Below are positions 37,155-46,704 of a stretch of DNA of 64,000 nt, in pieces. The position numbers and the translations under genes are program-made. The notes below the pieces were generated by a model. The model was given only the letters and a program-made list of their open reading frames with translations. It was not told the DNA's origin and ran no database searches. Within the stretch, counting starts at the first letter, position 1, and each line of letters begins with the position of its first letter. Origin of the DNA: an uncultured virus (IMG/VR IMGVR_UViG_3300025402_000005) (Duplodnaviria; Heunggongvirae; Uroviricota; Caudoviricetes); IMG/VR virus record IMGVR_UViG_3300025402_000005. The stretch is one strand, 5' to 3'.

Positions 37155-38818
37155 CTTTTACAGGGACGCTTCTCCCATATCAGCCTGAAGCCGTAGACCG
37201 CATGTGCGAAGAAGGCCGCATGCTGGTCGCCTACGATCTTGGTTTGGGTAAAACTGTTCTAACCATAGCTGCCATAGAAAGACTTATGGATGAGCAGAAA
37301 ATTAAAGAGCCAGGTCTTATCATTTGTTTATCTTCCCTGAAATATCAGTGGGCTAATCAGATTGAGAAATTTACCGATGGTACTTCACGCGCTTTGGTTA
37401 TTGACGGAACGCCAAAGAAAAGAGAGGAGCAGTACGCTGAAGCCCTTGATTGGCGAACCTCAAAAGTCGATTACATCATTCTTAATTACGAGCAGGTGGT
37501 TAATGATTGGGATCATGTCAAGAACCTTCCCCGGGGATTTGTAGTACTTGATGAAGCCACAGCTATCAAGTCTTTTAAGTCTAAGCGTTCTCGTTCTGTA
37601 AAGAAGTTGAGTAACGCTCCTTATCGATTTGCTCTTACCGGAACACCCATAGAAAACGGAAAGCCTGAAGAGCTGTACAGCATTATGGAGTTCGTAGAGC
37701 GACAGTTGCTAGGTCGCTTTGATATCTTTGACTCGACTTTTATTATCCGTAACAGCTGGGGCGGGGTTCAAGGGTATAGAAATCTTCCTACACTACATAC
37801 CAAGATGAAATCTGCCTCTGTGCGTAAAGCTCAGAAGGATCCAGATGTAGCCCCTTACCTTCCAGAGGCTATCCATAACGATCCTGTAAAGATTGTTCTA
37901 GATAGAAAAGCTTCTAAGCTTTACTTTCGCATTGTCGATGACCTTCTAGAAGAACTAGACAATGCTCAAACTTTATTTGGCGGGTCATTTAATCTGATGG
38001 CTCACTATGGCTTTGAGAGCAAACAAGGTGGTCCAGAGGATGAGACCCGCGGGAGAATCATGTCCAAGGTGGGATGTCTTAAGATGCTCTGTTCCCATCC
38101 AGACTTACTCAGGATTAGTGCTGCAAAGTTTTCTGCAGTAGAAAAAAATGTGCTTTGGGAAGAAGAATACGAGGATGGCAGTACCACTCGTTTTAGTGAA
38201 ATGATCCCAACACTAGGGACTAAAGGAGGATCTGCTTATGCCTATGATCTGGTTAGTACTGGCGCTCTTGACGGCATCAGTGGTTCACCTAAGCTGGAAT
38301 ACCTTATCCAGTATGTCAAAGACTTTCTTGAACAGGATGAAGCCAACAAAGTAGTTATATTTGCTACCTATGTAACCATGTTAGACATGATTGCCGAGGC
38401 TTTAGGATCAGAACAGTGTCGACTTTATTCAGGCAAACTAGACGCTAAAACCAAGGAGGATAACAAAATTGCTTTCAATACTGACTCAAGCGTTAGGGTT
38501 CTTATTTCTAGCGATGCTGGCGGGTACGGCGTTGATCTTCCCGCTGCAAATTTGCTCGTCAATTATGACCTTCCTTGGTCGTCCGGTACAGCCATCCAGC
38601 GTAACGGTCGAATCAAAAGAGCATCATCCACATGGCCAAGTATCGTAATTCAAGACATCATAATCTCTGGGTCTATCGAACAACGGCAATGGGAAGCCCT
38701 ACAGCATAAGAGTGCTGTGGCTAGTGCGGTTATCGATGGTGAGGGTATCGATGAAGAAGGCGGGATTCCTATGACTATTGGCAGCTTAAAGCAGTTTTTG
38801 GAGCTTTCTAGCGTATAA
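37151..38818 (+). CDS. SNF2-family helicase/ATPase
   Basis: DLGLGKT, DEA, LTGTPIEN, KVVIF, GVDL, YDLPW, QRNGR. Confidence 0.9.
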   Translation: MTFTGTLLPYQPEAVDRMCEEGRMLVAYDLGLGKTVLTIAAIERLMDEQKIKEPGLIICLSSLKYQWANQIEKFTDGTSRALVIDGTPKKREEQYAEALDWRTSKVDYIILNYEQVVNDWDHVKNLPRGFVVLDEATAIKSFKSKRSRSVKKLSNAPYRFALTGTPIENGKPEELYSIMEFVERQLLGRFDIFDSTFIIRNSWGGVQGYRNLPTLHTKMKSASVRKAQKDPDVAPYLPEAIHNDPVKIVLDRKASKLYFRIVDDLLEELDNAQTLFGGSFNLMAHYGFESKQGGPEDETRGRIMSKVGCLKMLCSHPDLLRISAAKFSAVEKNVLWEEEYEDGSTTRFSEMIPTLGTKGGSAYAYDLVSTGALDGISGSPKLEYLIQYVKDFLEQDEANKVVIFATYVTMLDMIAEALGSEQCRLYSGKLDAKTKEDNKIAFNTDSSVRVLISSDAGGYGVDLPAANLLVNYDLPWSSGTAIQRNGRIKRASSTWPSIVIQDIIISGSIEQRQWEALQHKSAVASAVIDGEGIDEEGGIPMTIGSLKQFLELSSV

Positions 38819-38827
38819 AATAGGGGA

Positions 38828-38980
38828 ATGCCTAACGCGCCTAAAACCCCTACGCGTACTATCCGCGTACCAGATGCCCTATGGTCTGACGTCCAGAAGA
38901 AGGCTGCCAAGAACGGCGTGACCGTTACCAGCGTAATCCTTAAAGCTTTGGAATCTTATCTCCAAGAGGTTGACAACTAA
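38828..38980 (+). CDS. Ribbon-helix-helix DNA-binding protein (not in ORF track)
   Basis: MPNAPKTPTRTIRVPDALWSDVQKKAAKNGVTVTSVILKALESYL; TAAAAT-N6-ATG start. Confidence 0.75.
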   Translation: MPNAPKTPTRTIRVPDALWSDVQKKAAKNGVTVTSVILKALESYLQEVDN

Positions 38981-38998
38981 CTAACCCCGTATTAGGTT
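38970..38998 (+). promoter_or_regulatory. Housekeeping-sigma promoter, leaderless into 39005
   Basis: TTGACA-17 nt-TAGGTT, ATG 7 nt after the -10 end. Confidence 0.7.
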
Positions 38999-39004
38999 CT
39001 GCCT

Positions 39005-39412
39005 ATGGACCTAACAGAGATCAAGAAAACCGTACGCCAATACCTTTCCCTTAAAGGGGAGGTTGAACTTCTATCTAAGCGCCAGTCCGAGCTTAAGTCT
39101 CGGCTTACAAGCGTTTTAGAGTCCGACGGAGAAACAGATGCCAAGGGACATATCCGCCTTACAGTAGAAGATGAGCTGGCTGGAGAAGTTACTCTTACCA
39201 AGCAACGCAAGGTATCCAAGAGCCTAGACATGGAAGTTGCGGAAGCCCTACTTCAAAACCGCGGTATCAAGGATAAGTGCATTAAGATGGTTCCTACCCT
39301 AGACGAAGCGGCAATTATGGCGGCTTTCTATGAGGGAGACTTAACGGAAGAAGATATCGATACCATGTTCCCTGCAAAAGTAAGCTACGCATTCTTGGTG
39401 ACCACCAAGTGA
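39005..39412 (+). CDS. Hypothetical protein (N-terminal coiled coil)
   Basis: 135-aa ORF downstream of the promoter. Confidence 0.6.
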   Translation: MDLTEIKKTVRQYLSLKGEVELLSKRQSELKSRLTSVLESDGETDAKGHIRLTVEDELAGEVTLTKQRKVSKSLDMEVAEALLQNRGIKDKCIKMVPTLDEAAIMAAFYEGDLTEEDIDTMFPAKVSYAFLVTTK

Positions 39413-39570
39413 CAAAGGTATTTGGGGTAGATGTAAGTTTAGACTTGCCTATCCTTCTTGTAGATGATGACTTTCTAGAGTATCTAGAAGAAGAAGACGT
39501 TTACGAAGATATTGATATCTCTGACTTTGAAAAGTATTTCGTTAAGTGGATGAAAGAAAATTGTGAATGA
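39409..39570 (+). CDS. 53-aa highly acidic protein (not in ORF track)
   Basis: GTGA/ATGA overlaps; ...VDDDFLEYLEEEDVYEDIDISDFE... Confidence 0.55.
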   Translation: MTKVFGVDVSLDLPILLVDDDFLEYLEEEDVYEDIDISDFEKYFVKWMKENCE

Positions 39571-40034
39571 CTGCTGATTTTATTGACTCTGCTTTTGCCG
39601 ATCTTGATGAGTACTACCCAGGTAGTAAGCGTAAGCGCAAGGCTGTAGTAAAGAAAGAACCTGAAATAAAGCTTGATGCTACTTGGGATTCACGACCTTA
39701 CAAAAAGCCTTTGCCTAACGGCACAGAGATTGATATGTTCACCATCGGGGCTTTAGCTCAAGCACTAGGACGACCAGTGATTACTGTGCGTGACTGGATT
39801 AAAAAGGGCTATTTGCCTCAATCCCCATACAGACTTCCTTCTAAAAAAAACATTAGAGGGGAAGACCATCAAGGCCGCAGGCTTTACTCCCGGGCTATGG
39901 TGGAGAAGTTGATCGAACTATTCGATAAGGCTGGCGTTTTACACACCAGTCGTATAGAGTGGCCTAACTACCGGCAATTAAGTAAAGAGATTGCCGAGGC
40001 ATGGATGGAAATCCGTGCATCCGAAACCAAATAA
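39567..40034 (+). CDS. MerR-like HTH DNA-binding protein
   Basis: FTIGALAQALGR...TVRDWIKKGYLP...RRLYS. Confidence 0.75.
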   Translation: MTADFIDSAFADLDEYYPGSKRKRKAVVKKEPEIKLDATWDSRPYKKPLPNGTEIDMFTIGALAQALGRPVITVRDWIKKGYLPQSPYRLPSKKNIRGEDHQGRRLYSRAMVEKLIELFDKAGVLHTSRIEWPNYRQLSKEIAEAWMEIRASETK

Positions 40035-40052
40035 ATCAAGGAGAATAAAACT

Positions 40053-40760
40053 ATGGCAGTAAATCGAGCAGAAGATTATCTTCCTACAGAAGATAAATTT
40101 GCAGGATCATCTATTGAAGATCGTCCAGCAGGTACACCGACAGTAGTCGCTTCAGAGGATAACTCTGGATGGGTTCAACCTAAGGAGTCCAAGCAAGGCT
40201 CTGGTGTATATGACAAAGAGTTTAAAGTTCAGGAAAATGTTTTCCAAGTAATTAAGTTCTTTGGAACAGGTCCTTTCTTCCGTTACAAGGAGCACTACAT
40301 TCGCCAGATCACATCTGGTAAGCGCTCATTTATCTGCCCTACTTCGGTAGACGCATCTGCAAAGTGCCCTATTTGTGCAACCAATGTTGGCAAGGTTCCA
40401 GATGAGTGCAATTATCCTTCAGAAAAGTATGCGTTCACCGTACTTAATCTGAGCTGGCCTGAGGGCCCTAAGCGTCAACAATGGATTGTAGGCGGTCAGA
40501 TCTACAACCTTCTTTTCCCATTAGAGCACGGTTCCACCGGACCTTTGTCTCGTAATTATTGGGCAATTAGCCGTACCGGTCCAGCAGGACTTCAGGCTAA
40601 GTACACCATCCAAGCTGTTAAAGGACGCGATCTTGCAGAAGATTGGCAACTAGATGAAGCAGTCGCTGAACGCGAAGTAGCAAAGGTGGTTCCTTTTACA
40701 GGTGCAGACATCCTTATGCCTACAAACGAACAGCTTCTCGAAGCAGCTTCATACCTTTAA
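40053..40760 (+). CDS. Single-stranded DNA-binding protein (gp32-like)
   Basis: IKF....PF..Y.EH, SFIC...CPIC, ISRTG....KY; upstream of polymerase. Confidence 0.6.
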   Translation: MAVNRAEDYLPTEDKFAGSSIEDRPAGTPTVVASEDNSGWVQPKESKQGSGVYDKEFKVQENVFQVIKFFGTGPFFRYKEHYIRQITSGKRSFICPTSVDASAKCPICATNVGKVPDECNYPSEKYAFTVLNLSWPEGPKRQQWIVGGQIYNLLFPLEHGSTGPLSRNYWAISRTGPAGLQAKYTIQAVKGRDLAEDWQLDEAVAEREVAKVVPFTGADILMPTNEQLLEAASYL

Positions 40761-40777
40761 TCTGTTTCGTTAGGATT

Positions 40778-40804
40778 TGGGGAGTCTTTTGGCTCCCCAT
40801 TTTC
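40778..40804 (+). terminator. Putative terminator hairpin
   Basis: TGGGGAGTC-TTTT-GGCTCCCCA followed by TTTT. Confidence 0.55.
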
Positions 40805-40818
40805 ATTAAGGAGTTACG

Positions 40819-42825
40819 GTGAACATTATTACAACTAAAGAGCAACTCGATGAGATGGTTGCCTATTATTTAAAACAAGACGCCTTTGCTTATGACGTGG
40901 AAACCGTTGGAGATTATCGCGGTGTTCCAGCAGTCAATGAAGTTTTATGGATCAGCCTTTCAACCCATGGTCGCGGTGATGTTATCCCTATGGGTCACCC
41001 ACATGGTGAGTTCGTATCCGAAGCGTATCCATTAACCCCTGCGGGTGAGACGCGGGTTGCTAAGGGTAAAGCCCCTACTGAGGCTGACTACTCACGCAAT
41101 CAGAAACTAGCTATCAAGACTTTTACAGAAGCCCCAATTCAACTATTTCCAGCAGAAGTGTTTGCGGCGCTTAAGCCTTTAATGTTTAACGAGAACATCC
41201 TTACCATAGGTCATAACTTGGCTTTCGACCTTTCATCCGTGGCTAAGTACTACGGTGGAGAGGTCCCTTCCGGTCCTTACTTTGATACTTTGATGGCGTC
41301 TTTCCTTTATGACAATAAGAATAGAGGCAAGCTTGGCTTGGATGACTGCCTCGAACGGGAACTAGGGTTCAAGATGACCAAGGGTATTGGTCACAAGGTT
41401 GAGATCTATTCCTTCAGTGAGGTGGCTAAGTACGCTTACCTAGATGCTAAGTACACATTCCTCCTTTGGAAAGTCCTTGCCCCTAAAATAGAAGCCGCGG
41501 AAGTTCAGAAAGTAATGATGCTAGAGATGGATGTACTACGCGTTCTCTGCGACATGAAACTAACAGGGGCTCCTATCGATATTGAAGCTCTAAAGATTCT
41601 TGATGAAAAACTCAATGTGCAGGTAGAAGCCGCAAGGAGCGACGTTTACCGTATAGCTGGTCGAGTATTTAACATGAACTCCAATAATGAGAAGCAGTAC
41701 ATTCTTTACGGGCCGAAGGAAGAAGGGTGTCGAGGGCTCAAGACTAAAGTTCTGACCGGTAAAGGGGAGAAGAAGTCTCTAACACAAGGAGAGCAGGCTT
41801 TAGATTACAACGATTATTCTGTCTCAGCAGAGGCGTTGGATGATCTTCGTGATAAGGATGAATTGGTAAACGCTTTACTGCATTACTCTGATCTTAGTAA
41901 GTTACAGAGCACCTATGTAATTCCTTACTTGGGCGGAGAAGTAGTAAAGACCGTTAACGGTAAGTCTAAGATCGAAGAGCGCGAGAGTATGCTGGTCAAC
42001 GGCAAACTCTACGGAGACTTCGTACAGTGGGGCGCTGAGACTGGTCGCTTCAGCTCTAGGAACCCTAACCTTCAGAACGTACCCGCTCCTGATAAAAAGC
42101 TAGACCCAGACCAAGATTATGGTACTTTGATTAGAAACCTTTTTGCGGCTCCAGAAGGTCATAAGCTGGTGGTAGCCGACTACTCACAGATCGAACCTAG
42201 AGTCCTAGCCTCTATGTCAGAAGACCCTATTCTTTTACAGACCTATAACACTCCCGGGGTTAAGGGGGATATCTATACCACTATCGGTGAGACTATGGGT
42301 GTAGACCGTAAGGCGGGTAAAGTTCTTGTTCTAGCCATGATGTACGGTGTAGGGCCAGACAAGATTGCTACTCAAATTCACTGTAGCGTTAAAGAGGCGA
42401 GGGGTCTGCTTTCTAGGTTCTCAGAGGAGTTTGAGAACGTGGAACGGTACAAGGCAAAGGTTATCGGTCTTTCTAGGAAACTTGGCTACATCACTACCAT
42501 CATGAACCGTAGGCGCTATCTTCCAGACATTAACTCTAAGCAGATGGGCTTTAAATCCAGCGCAGAGCGTCAAGCTTTCAACACGCGTATTCAGGGTTCA
42601 GCTGCTGACATCATTAAACTTGCTATGATTAGGGCTTACGCAGGGTTACCTAAAGAGGCAAAGATGATCCTTACGGTTCACGATGAAATCGTAACCATAA
42701 CTCCAGACCACTTAGTGGACGAGAGCTACAAGGCTATTCAAGATGCTATGGAAGGCATTAAGCTTCTTTCCGTTCCACTTATCGCAGACATCAAAGTAGT
42801 TCAAAAGTGGGGAGAAGCAAAATAA
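40819..42825 (+). CDS. polA: Family A DNA polymerase (3'-5' exonuclease + polymerase)
   Basis: DVET, GHNLAFD, YAYLDA exonuclease motifs; TGRFSS.NPNLQN, ADYSQIEPR, RKAGK...YG, IQGSAAD, VHDE. Confidence 0.95.
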   Translation: MNIITTKEQLDEMVAYYLKQDAFAYDVETVGDYRGVPAVNEVLWISLSTHGRGDVIPMGHPHGEFVSEAYPLTPAGETRVAKGKAPTEADYSRNQKLAIKTFTEAPIQLFPAEVFAALKPLMFNENILTIGHNLAFDLSSVAKYYGGEVPSGPYFDTLMASFLYDNKNRGKLGLDDCLERELGFKMTKGIGHKVEIYSFSEVAKYAYLDAKYTFLLWKVLAPKIEAAEVQKVMMLEMDVLRVLCDMKLTGAPIDIEALKILDEKLNVQVEAARSDVYRIAGRVFNMNSNNEKQYILYGPKEEGCRGLKTKVLTGKGEKKSLTQGEQALDYNDYSVSAEALDDLRDKDELVNALLHYSDLSKLQSTYVIPYLGGEVVKTVNGKSKIEERESMLVNGKLYGDFVQWGAETGRFSSRNPNLQNVPAPDKKLDPDQDYGTLIRNLFAAPEGHKLVVADYSQIEPRVLASMSEDPILLQTYNTPGVKGDIYTTIGETMGVDRKAGKVLVLAMMYGVGPDKIATQIHCSVKEARGLLSRFSEEFENVERYKAKVIGLSRKLGYITTIMNRRRYLPDINSKQMGFKSSAERQAFNTRIQGSAADIIKLAMIRAYAGLPKEAKMILTVHDEIVTITPDHLVDESYKAIQDAMEGIKLLSVPLIADIKVVQKWGEAK

Positions 42826-43307
42826 TGGCTTGGTTTAATACTTTGTTTAACCATCCTGATAGAGGAGAAGACAAGGACAAAGACGCTGATGAAGTTTCTG
42901 TGCCTTCCTCTACTATCTTTCGTTGGTACCTGTACGACACAGCGATTAGTGATCACAAAGTAATTGCTGAGCTCATGGGGCTAACACCCATTAGCGAAGA
43001 GGGAGAGATTAAAGAGTTAGAGGATAGTGCGGAGAGACTTGAGAAGTTATCCTTCATCCTTCCATTCATCGATGCTATGGCTGACGTAAGTTCGAACTTC
43101 ATGACTGCTGTCCACCTTACTGAGGCTAAGAAAAATAATGATGTGGAAGTAACTGACGAAGATACAGAAGCTATGCTGAGTGTTTACCGTCTAGTTGCGC
43201 TGTCCACCTTGGTAGGTTCTTTATCGATTGCCTTGACACTTGGCTTAGTACAACCAAGTGGTGTATTCTCAGAGCACTATGACGATGGAGGATCACTAGA
43301 TGAGTAA
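42825..43307 (+). CDS. Hypothetical protein
   Basis: ATG 42825 coupled to polA stop. Confidence 0.55.
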   Translation: MAWFNTLFNHPDRGEDKDKDADEVSVPSSTIFRWYLYDTAISDHKVIAELMGLTPISEEGEIKELEDSAERLEKLSFILPFIDAMADVSSNFMTAVHLTEAKKNNDVEVTDEDTEAMLSVYRLVALSTLVGSLSIALTLGLVQPSGVFSEHYDDGGSLDE

Positions 43308-43659
43308 CTCTAACTGGTGGGCTAATAAATTAGGTCAACAACAACCTCAAACTCAAGCTCCTAGATATGTAGCACCACAACCCGCTACTTATGTACAACC
43401 ACAACAGCCTCAATATCCACCAAGTCAGCAAGCCACACCCCAAGCGCCACGTTGCCCTGGCTGTGGTAGCAGTAACTATGGTGGCGCCACTCCTGAAAGT
43501 CGTCCTCGTTGTTACGACTGCGGTTACCCCATCCAACAATCTGGTTCGGGAGCAGGTAAAGGAATTACTGGCGGACCATCAGCCTCCGGTCCAGCAACCC
43601 CAGCTCGTCAAGTAGACGCTGGTGGTTGGAACCCAACTACAATCATTGGACACATTTAA
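43300..43659 (+). CDS. Pro/Gln-rich zinc-ribbon protein
   Basis: CPGCGS..Y...RCYDCGY. Confidence 0.6.
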   Translation: MSNSNWWANKLGQQQPQTQAPRYVAPQPATYVQPQQPQYPPSQQATPQAPRCPGCGSSNYGGATPESRPRCYDCGYPIQQSGSGAGKGITGGPSASGPATPARQVDAGGWNPTTIIGHI

Positions 43660-44699
43660 TGGCATTAACAGGTGAACTAGCAAAAGTATTTAGCGCAATC
43701 AATAAGAAGATGGGCGCTGACACTATTGTTCTTGGGTCAGAGATCACAGAGACTGGTGGACGATTTACCACTGGTTCTGTTGCCGTAGACGTTGCCCTAG
43801 GCGGGGGCTGGCCTGTCAATCAATGGCATGAGATCATTGGAGAAGCTTCCAATGGTAAGACTGCTCTAGCTCTAAAGACTATAGCCGCTAACCAAAAGCG
43901 GGATCCAGAGTTCACCACCGTGTGGGTAGCTGCTGAGGAATGGGTATCAGAGTACGCAGAGATGTGCGGAGTAGATACCTCAAGAGTTTACATTGTGGCT
44001 ACAAACATCATGGAGGAAGCCTATGAAGCAATTATTCAAATTACGGAATCTAAAGCTGTTGACTGTATTGTTATTGACTCTTTGCCTGCTCTTGTTCCCG
44101 TATCCGAAGATGAAAAAGAGATGGAAGAATCGACGGTCGGACGCTCAGCATTAATGACCAATAAGTTTTTCCGTAAGGTCGGAAAGGCTTCTAAGCGGTC
44201 TTTAACCAGCCCAGAACGCCCTTTCATTGGTCTAATGATTAACCAATGGCGTTCCAAGATTGGTGTTATGTACGGTGATCCTCGCACTACCCCGGGAGGT
44301 CTAGGTAAGGATTATGCCTTCTTTACCCGCATTGAGGTTAAGCGCGATGATTGGCTAGAAGAGGGTACGGGGCAAGATAAGCGCCGTATTGGTCAGACTA
44401 TCAAAGTTCGCGTACTGAAGAATAAGTCAGCCCCACCTACTCAGGTAGCGGTTGTTGACTTCTACTTCTCGGGTGCTATGGCTGGTGAGTTTGACTTTGC
44501 AAAGGAGATTGTTGCCATCGGAAAGATGAATAAAGTCATTGAACGCGCCGGTGCTTACTATCGGTATGACGGTAGACAATGGCAAGGTGAAGACGCTATA
44601 CTAGCTTCCATACGAGAAGAGCTTGACTTGAAAGAAACCCTTGAACGGGACGTTTTAGATTCAATTAAGGCTGGGTCTAAGCACGTTAATGAAGAGTAA
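43659..44699 (+). CDS. recA: RecA-like recombinase
   Basis: TGS..D.ALGGG, GEASNGKT, VIDSL, INQ.R.KIGVMYG.P.TTPGG, KNK. Confidence 0.95.
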   Translation: MALTGELAKVFSAINKKMGADTIVLGSEITETGGRFTTGSVAVDVALGGGWPVNQWHEIIGEASNGKTALALKTIAANQKRDPEFTTVWVAAEEWVSEYAEMCGVDTSRVYIVATNIMEEAYEAIIQITESKAVDCIVIDSLPALVPVSEDEKEMEESTVGRSALMTNKFFRKVGKASKRSLTSPERPFIGLMINQWRSKIGVMYGDPRTTPGGLGKDYAFFTRIEVKRDDWLEEGTGQDKRRIGQTIKVRVLKNKSAPPTQVAVVDFYFSGAMAGEFDFAKEIVAIGKMNKVIERAGAYYRYDGRQWQGEDAILASIREELDLKETLERDVLDSIKAGSKHVNEE

Positions 44700-45066
44700 G
44701 GGTCAGAAAGAGTCTCAGAAGCACGAGGCACGGTTAGCAAAAGTATTTGATGGTAAGCGTACAGCTGCCAGCGGTGCTTTCTGGAACCGTAAAGGTGATG
44801 TCAGAACACGCGATTACTTGATCGAACATAAGTGGACTGGCAAAGCCTCCTTTACCCTCAAAGCAGCGGTTCTGGAGAAGATTGTCAAGGAAGCCATTCT
44901 TGAAAGTCGTACACCTATCCTTGGTTTTAGTTTGAATAATGAAAATTATTGTATTCTTACTGAGGACGATCTCCTAGAACTTCTCCAAACTCTTCAGGAG
45001 ATCACTTGTACGACGATGACCTCGGACCAGAACCTTGGCGATACCGCGCAAAATGTCGCGGATTAG
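44689..45066 (+). CDS. PD-(D/E)XK Holliday junction resolvase-like nuclease
   Basis: HE.R.A, SGA....KGDV...LIEHK. Confidence 0.7.
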   Translation: MKSKGQKESQKHEARLAKVFDGKRTAASGAFWNRKGDVRTRDYLIEHKWTGKASFTLKAAVLEKIVKEAILESRTPILGFSLNNENYCILTEDDLLELLQTLQEITCTTMTSDQNLGDTAQNVAD

Positions 45067-45323
45067 ATACAGAACTTTGGTATCCCCCAAGAGATAAGAA
45101 TCAATACAAAGACGTAGCATCCATCTCAAAATCTATTTGTATGGGCAAAGATGGTTATCCAGAATGTCCTGTACGCAAAGAGTGTTTGCTGTATGCCGAT
45201 GCTAATGACGATACTCATGGTATTTGGGGGGGTATGAGTCATCGTGAGCGTAACGCGCTTAAACGTAAAGCTGCTAAAGCAGGACTCACCCTTGAGGAAT
45301 GGGTAAACACTCGCAAGTGGTGA
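45006..45323 (+). CDS. whiB: WhiB-family Fe-S transcription factor
   Basis: W...AKC, IC...CPVRKECL, GIWGG..ER. Confidence 0.9.
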   Translation: MYDDDLGPEPWRYRAKCRGLDTELWYPPRDKNQYKDVASISKSICMGKDGYPECPVRKECLLYADANDDTHGIWGGMSHRERNALKRKAAKAGLTLEEWVNTRKW

Positions 45324-45335
45324 TAGGGTGTGCCT

Positions 45336-46220
45336 ATGGCAAAAGCACCCAAATTATCTGGAAACTTTAAAAGTTTCGTAGACGCTAGCAAGAAACCTAC
45401 TCGTGTACTAGGAGCATTGGAACGTCATGTCCTTTCTATTCCTGACGATGTGCGTAGCCACACAGTCTTGCATCCTTCTGACATGGTTAGCGCCGATTGG
45501 TGCTACCGCGCTTCCTATTTTCATCTTTTAGGGGAAAAGCCAGTAAAGAAAGAAGCCAGTTTCAAGCTTCGTTCTGTGTTTCTACAAGGTCATGCGATTC
45601 ATGAGAAGTACCAAAACTGGTTTAGAGACATGGGTGTTCTTTACGGTAAGTGGTACTGCGATCATTGCGGTTGGATAGATGAATTAACTTTATCCTCAGA
45701 GTTAAAACATGAAAAAGATTGCCGTGGTACCTATGAGTACCGCGAAGTCCCTATTAACTATGAGCCACTTCGTATTGGTGGTAAAGCTGACGGCTGGATC
45801 GTAGGTCTTGGCGAACCTCTGATGCTAGAGGTTAAGTCCATTGGCCCGGGAACCTTTAGCTGGGAAGATCGTTCCGGTTATCGTGAGCTCGATTATAACT
45901 TTGAGAAGGCTTGGGACGCTTTAAGCTCACCATTTGCTAAGCACGTTACTCAAGTTCAGTTGTACATGAAAGTTGCTGAGTTGATTAGTCAGTACGACGG
46001 TAGTTATAAGAACTCCCCACAAGAAGCCGTACTTATTTATGAAAACAAGTCTAATCAAGATGTTAAAGAGTTCGTGGTGCGCAAGAGTGATTTTGCTATT
46101 GCACACTTACTTGAAGCTGCAAAGATGATTGTCGATGCGGTGAAGGTAAGAACACCACCAGCGTGTAATATAAGCCCAAACGGTTGTCCTAGATGCAAGG
46201 GGTATACAGATGGTAATTGA
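45336..46220 (+). CDS. Cas4-like PD-(D/E)XK exonuclease
   Basis: HPSD...C, G.AIHE, GKADG, LEVKS, QVQLYM, C-terminal C...CPRC; leaderless TAGGGT-N6-ATG start. Confidence 0.8.
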   Translation: MAKAPKLSGNFKSFVDASKKPTRVLGALERHVLSIPDDVRSHTVLHPSDMVSADWCYRASYFHLLGEKPVKKEASFKLRSVFLQGHAIHEKYQNWFRDMGVLYGKWYCDHCGWIDELTLSSELKHEKDCRGTYEYREVPINYEPLRIGGKADGWIVGLGEPLMLEVKSIGPGTFSWEDRSGYRELDYNFEKAWDALSSPFAKHVTQVQLYMKVAELISQYDGSYKNSPQEAVLIYENKSNQDVKEFVVRKSDFAIAHLLEAAKMIVDAVKVRTPPACNISPNGCPRCKGYTDGN

Positions 46221-46704
46221 ACTTCGCAAAGCAGAGGCTAGTGACAGAGCCATCGCTACATTAAAGTCGCAGGGTCTAACCTTGAATGAAGGTTTTTCCT
46301 ATGATGCCCCAGTCCTCCCACCTGATGTTACATCCATGGTGGATGAAGACCTTATGGATCTGTACGCAAAGTACGTAGCCTACCTAGAGTTCATTAACTT
46401 ACAGGTGTGGTGTGCTAACACAGATAAGGCTGAGGCTGAGAAGGACATGTCCCTAACTAGGGCTAGAAAAAAATTATCACTCAAAGCTTCTGGTGTAGCA
46501 GTAGCCTTAATTGATGCAGAGATTGAGGTAGACAAGGAGTACAGAACTAAGGCAGATAAGTACCAAGAGCTGGCTAACTACCACGGTTTGATCGAGATGA
46601 TGTCTGACCGTCTATCCAAGGACATTTCATTTATTAACCGTGAAATTACTCGTCGAGTAAATATTAACAAGGCAACTGGTCGTTCTACTTGGATGACCCC
46701 TTGA
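46210..46704 (+). CDS. Helical protein, possible recombination mediator
   Basis: Coiled-coil composition in the recombination cluster; REITRR near C-terminus. Confidence 0.4.
   Translation: MVIELRKAEASDRAIATLKSQGLTLNEGFSYDAPVLPPDVTSMVDEDLMDLYAKYVAYLEFINLQVWCANTDKAEAEKDMSLTRARKKLSLKASGVAVALIDAEIEVDKEYRTKADKYQELANYHGLIEMMSDRLSKDISFINREITRRVNINKATGRSTWMTP

Noticed and set aside
45336..46220. CRISPR-associated Cas4
   Set aside because: Stand-alone nuclease in a recombination cluster; no other cas genes or array
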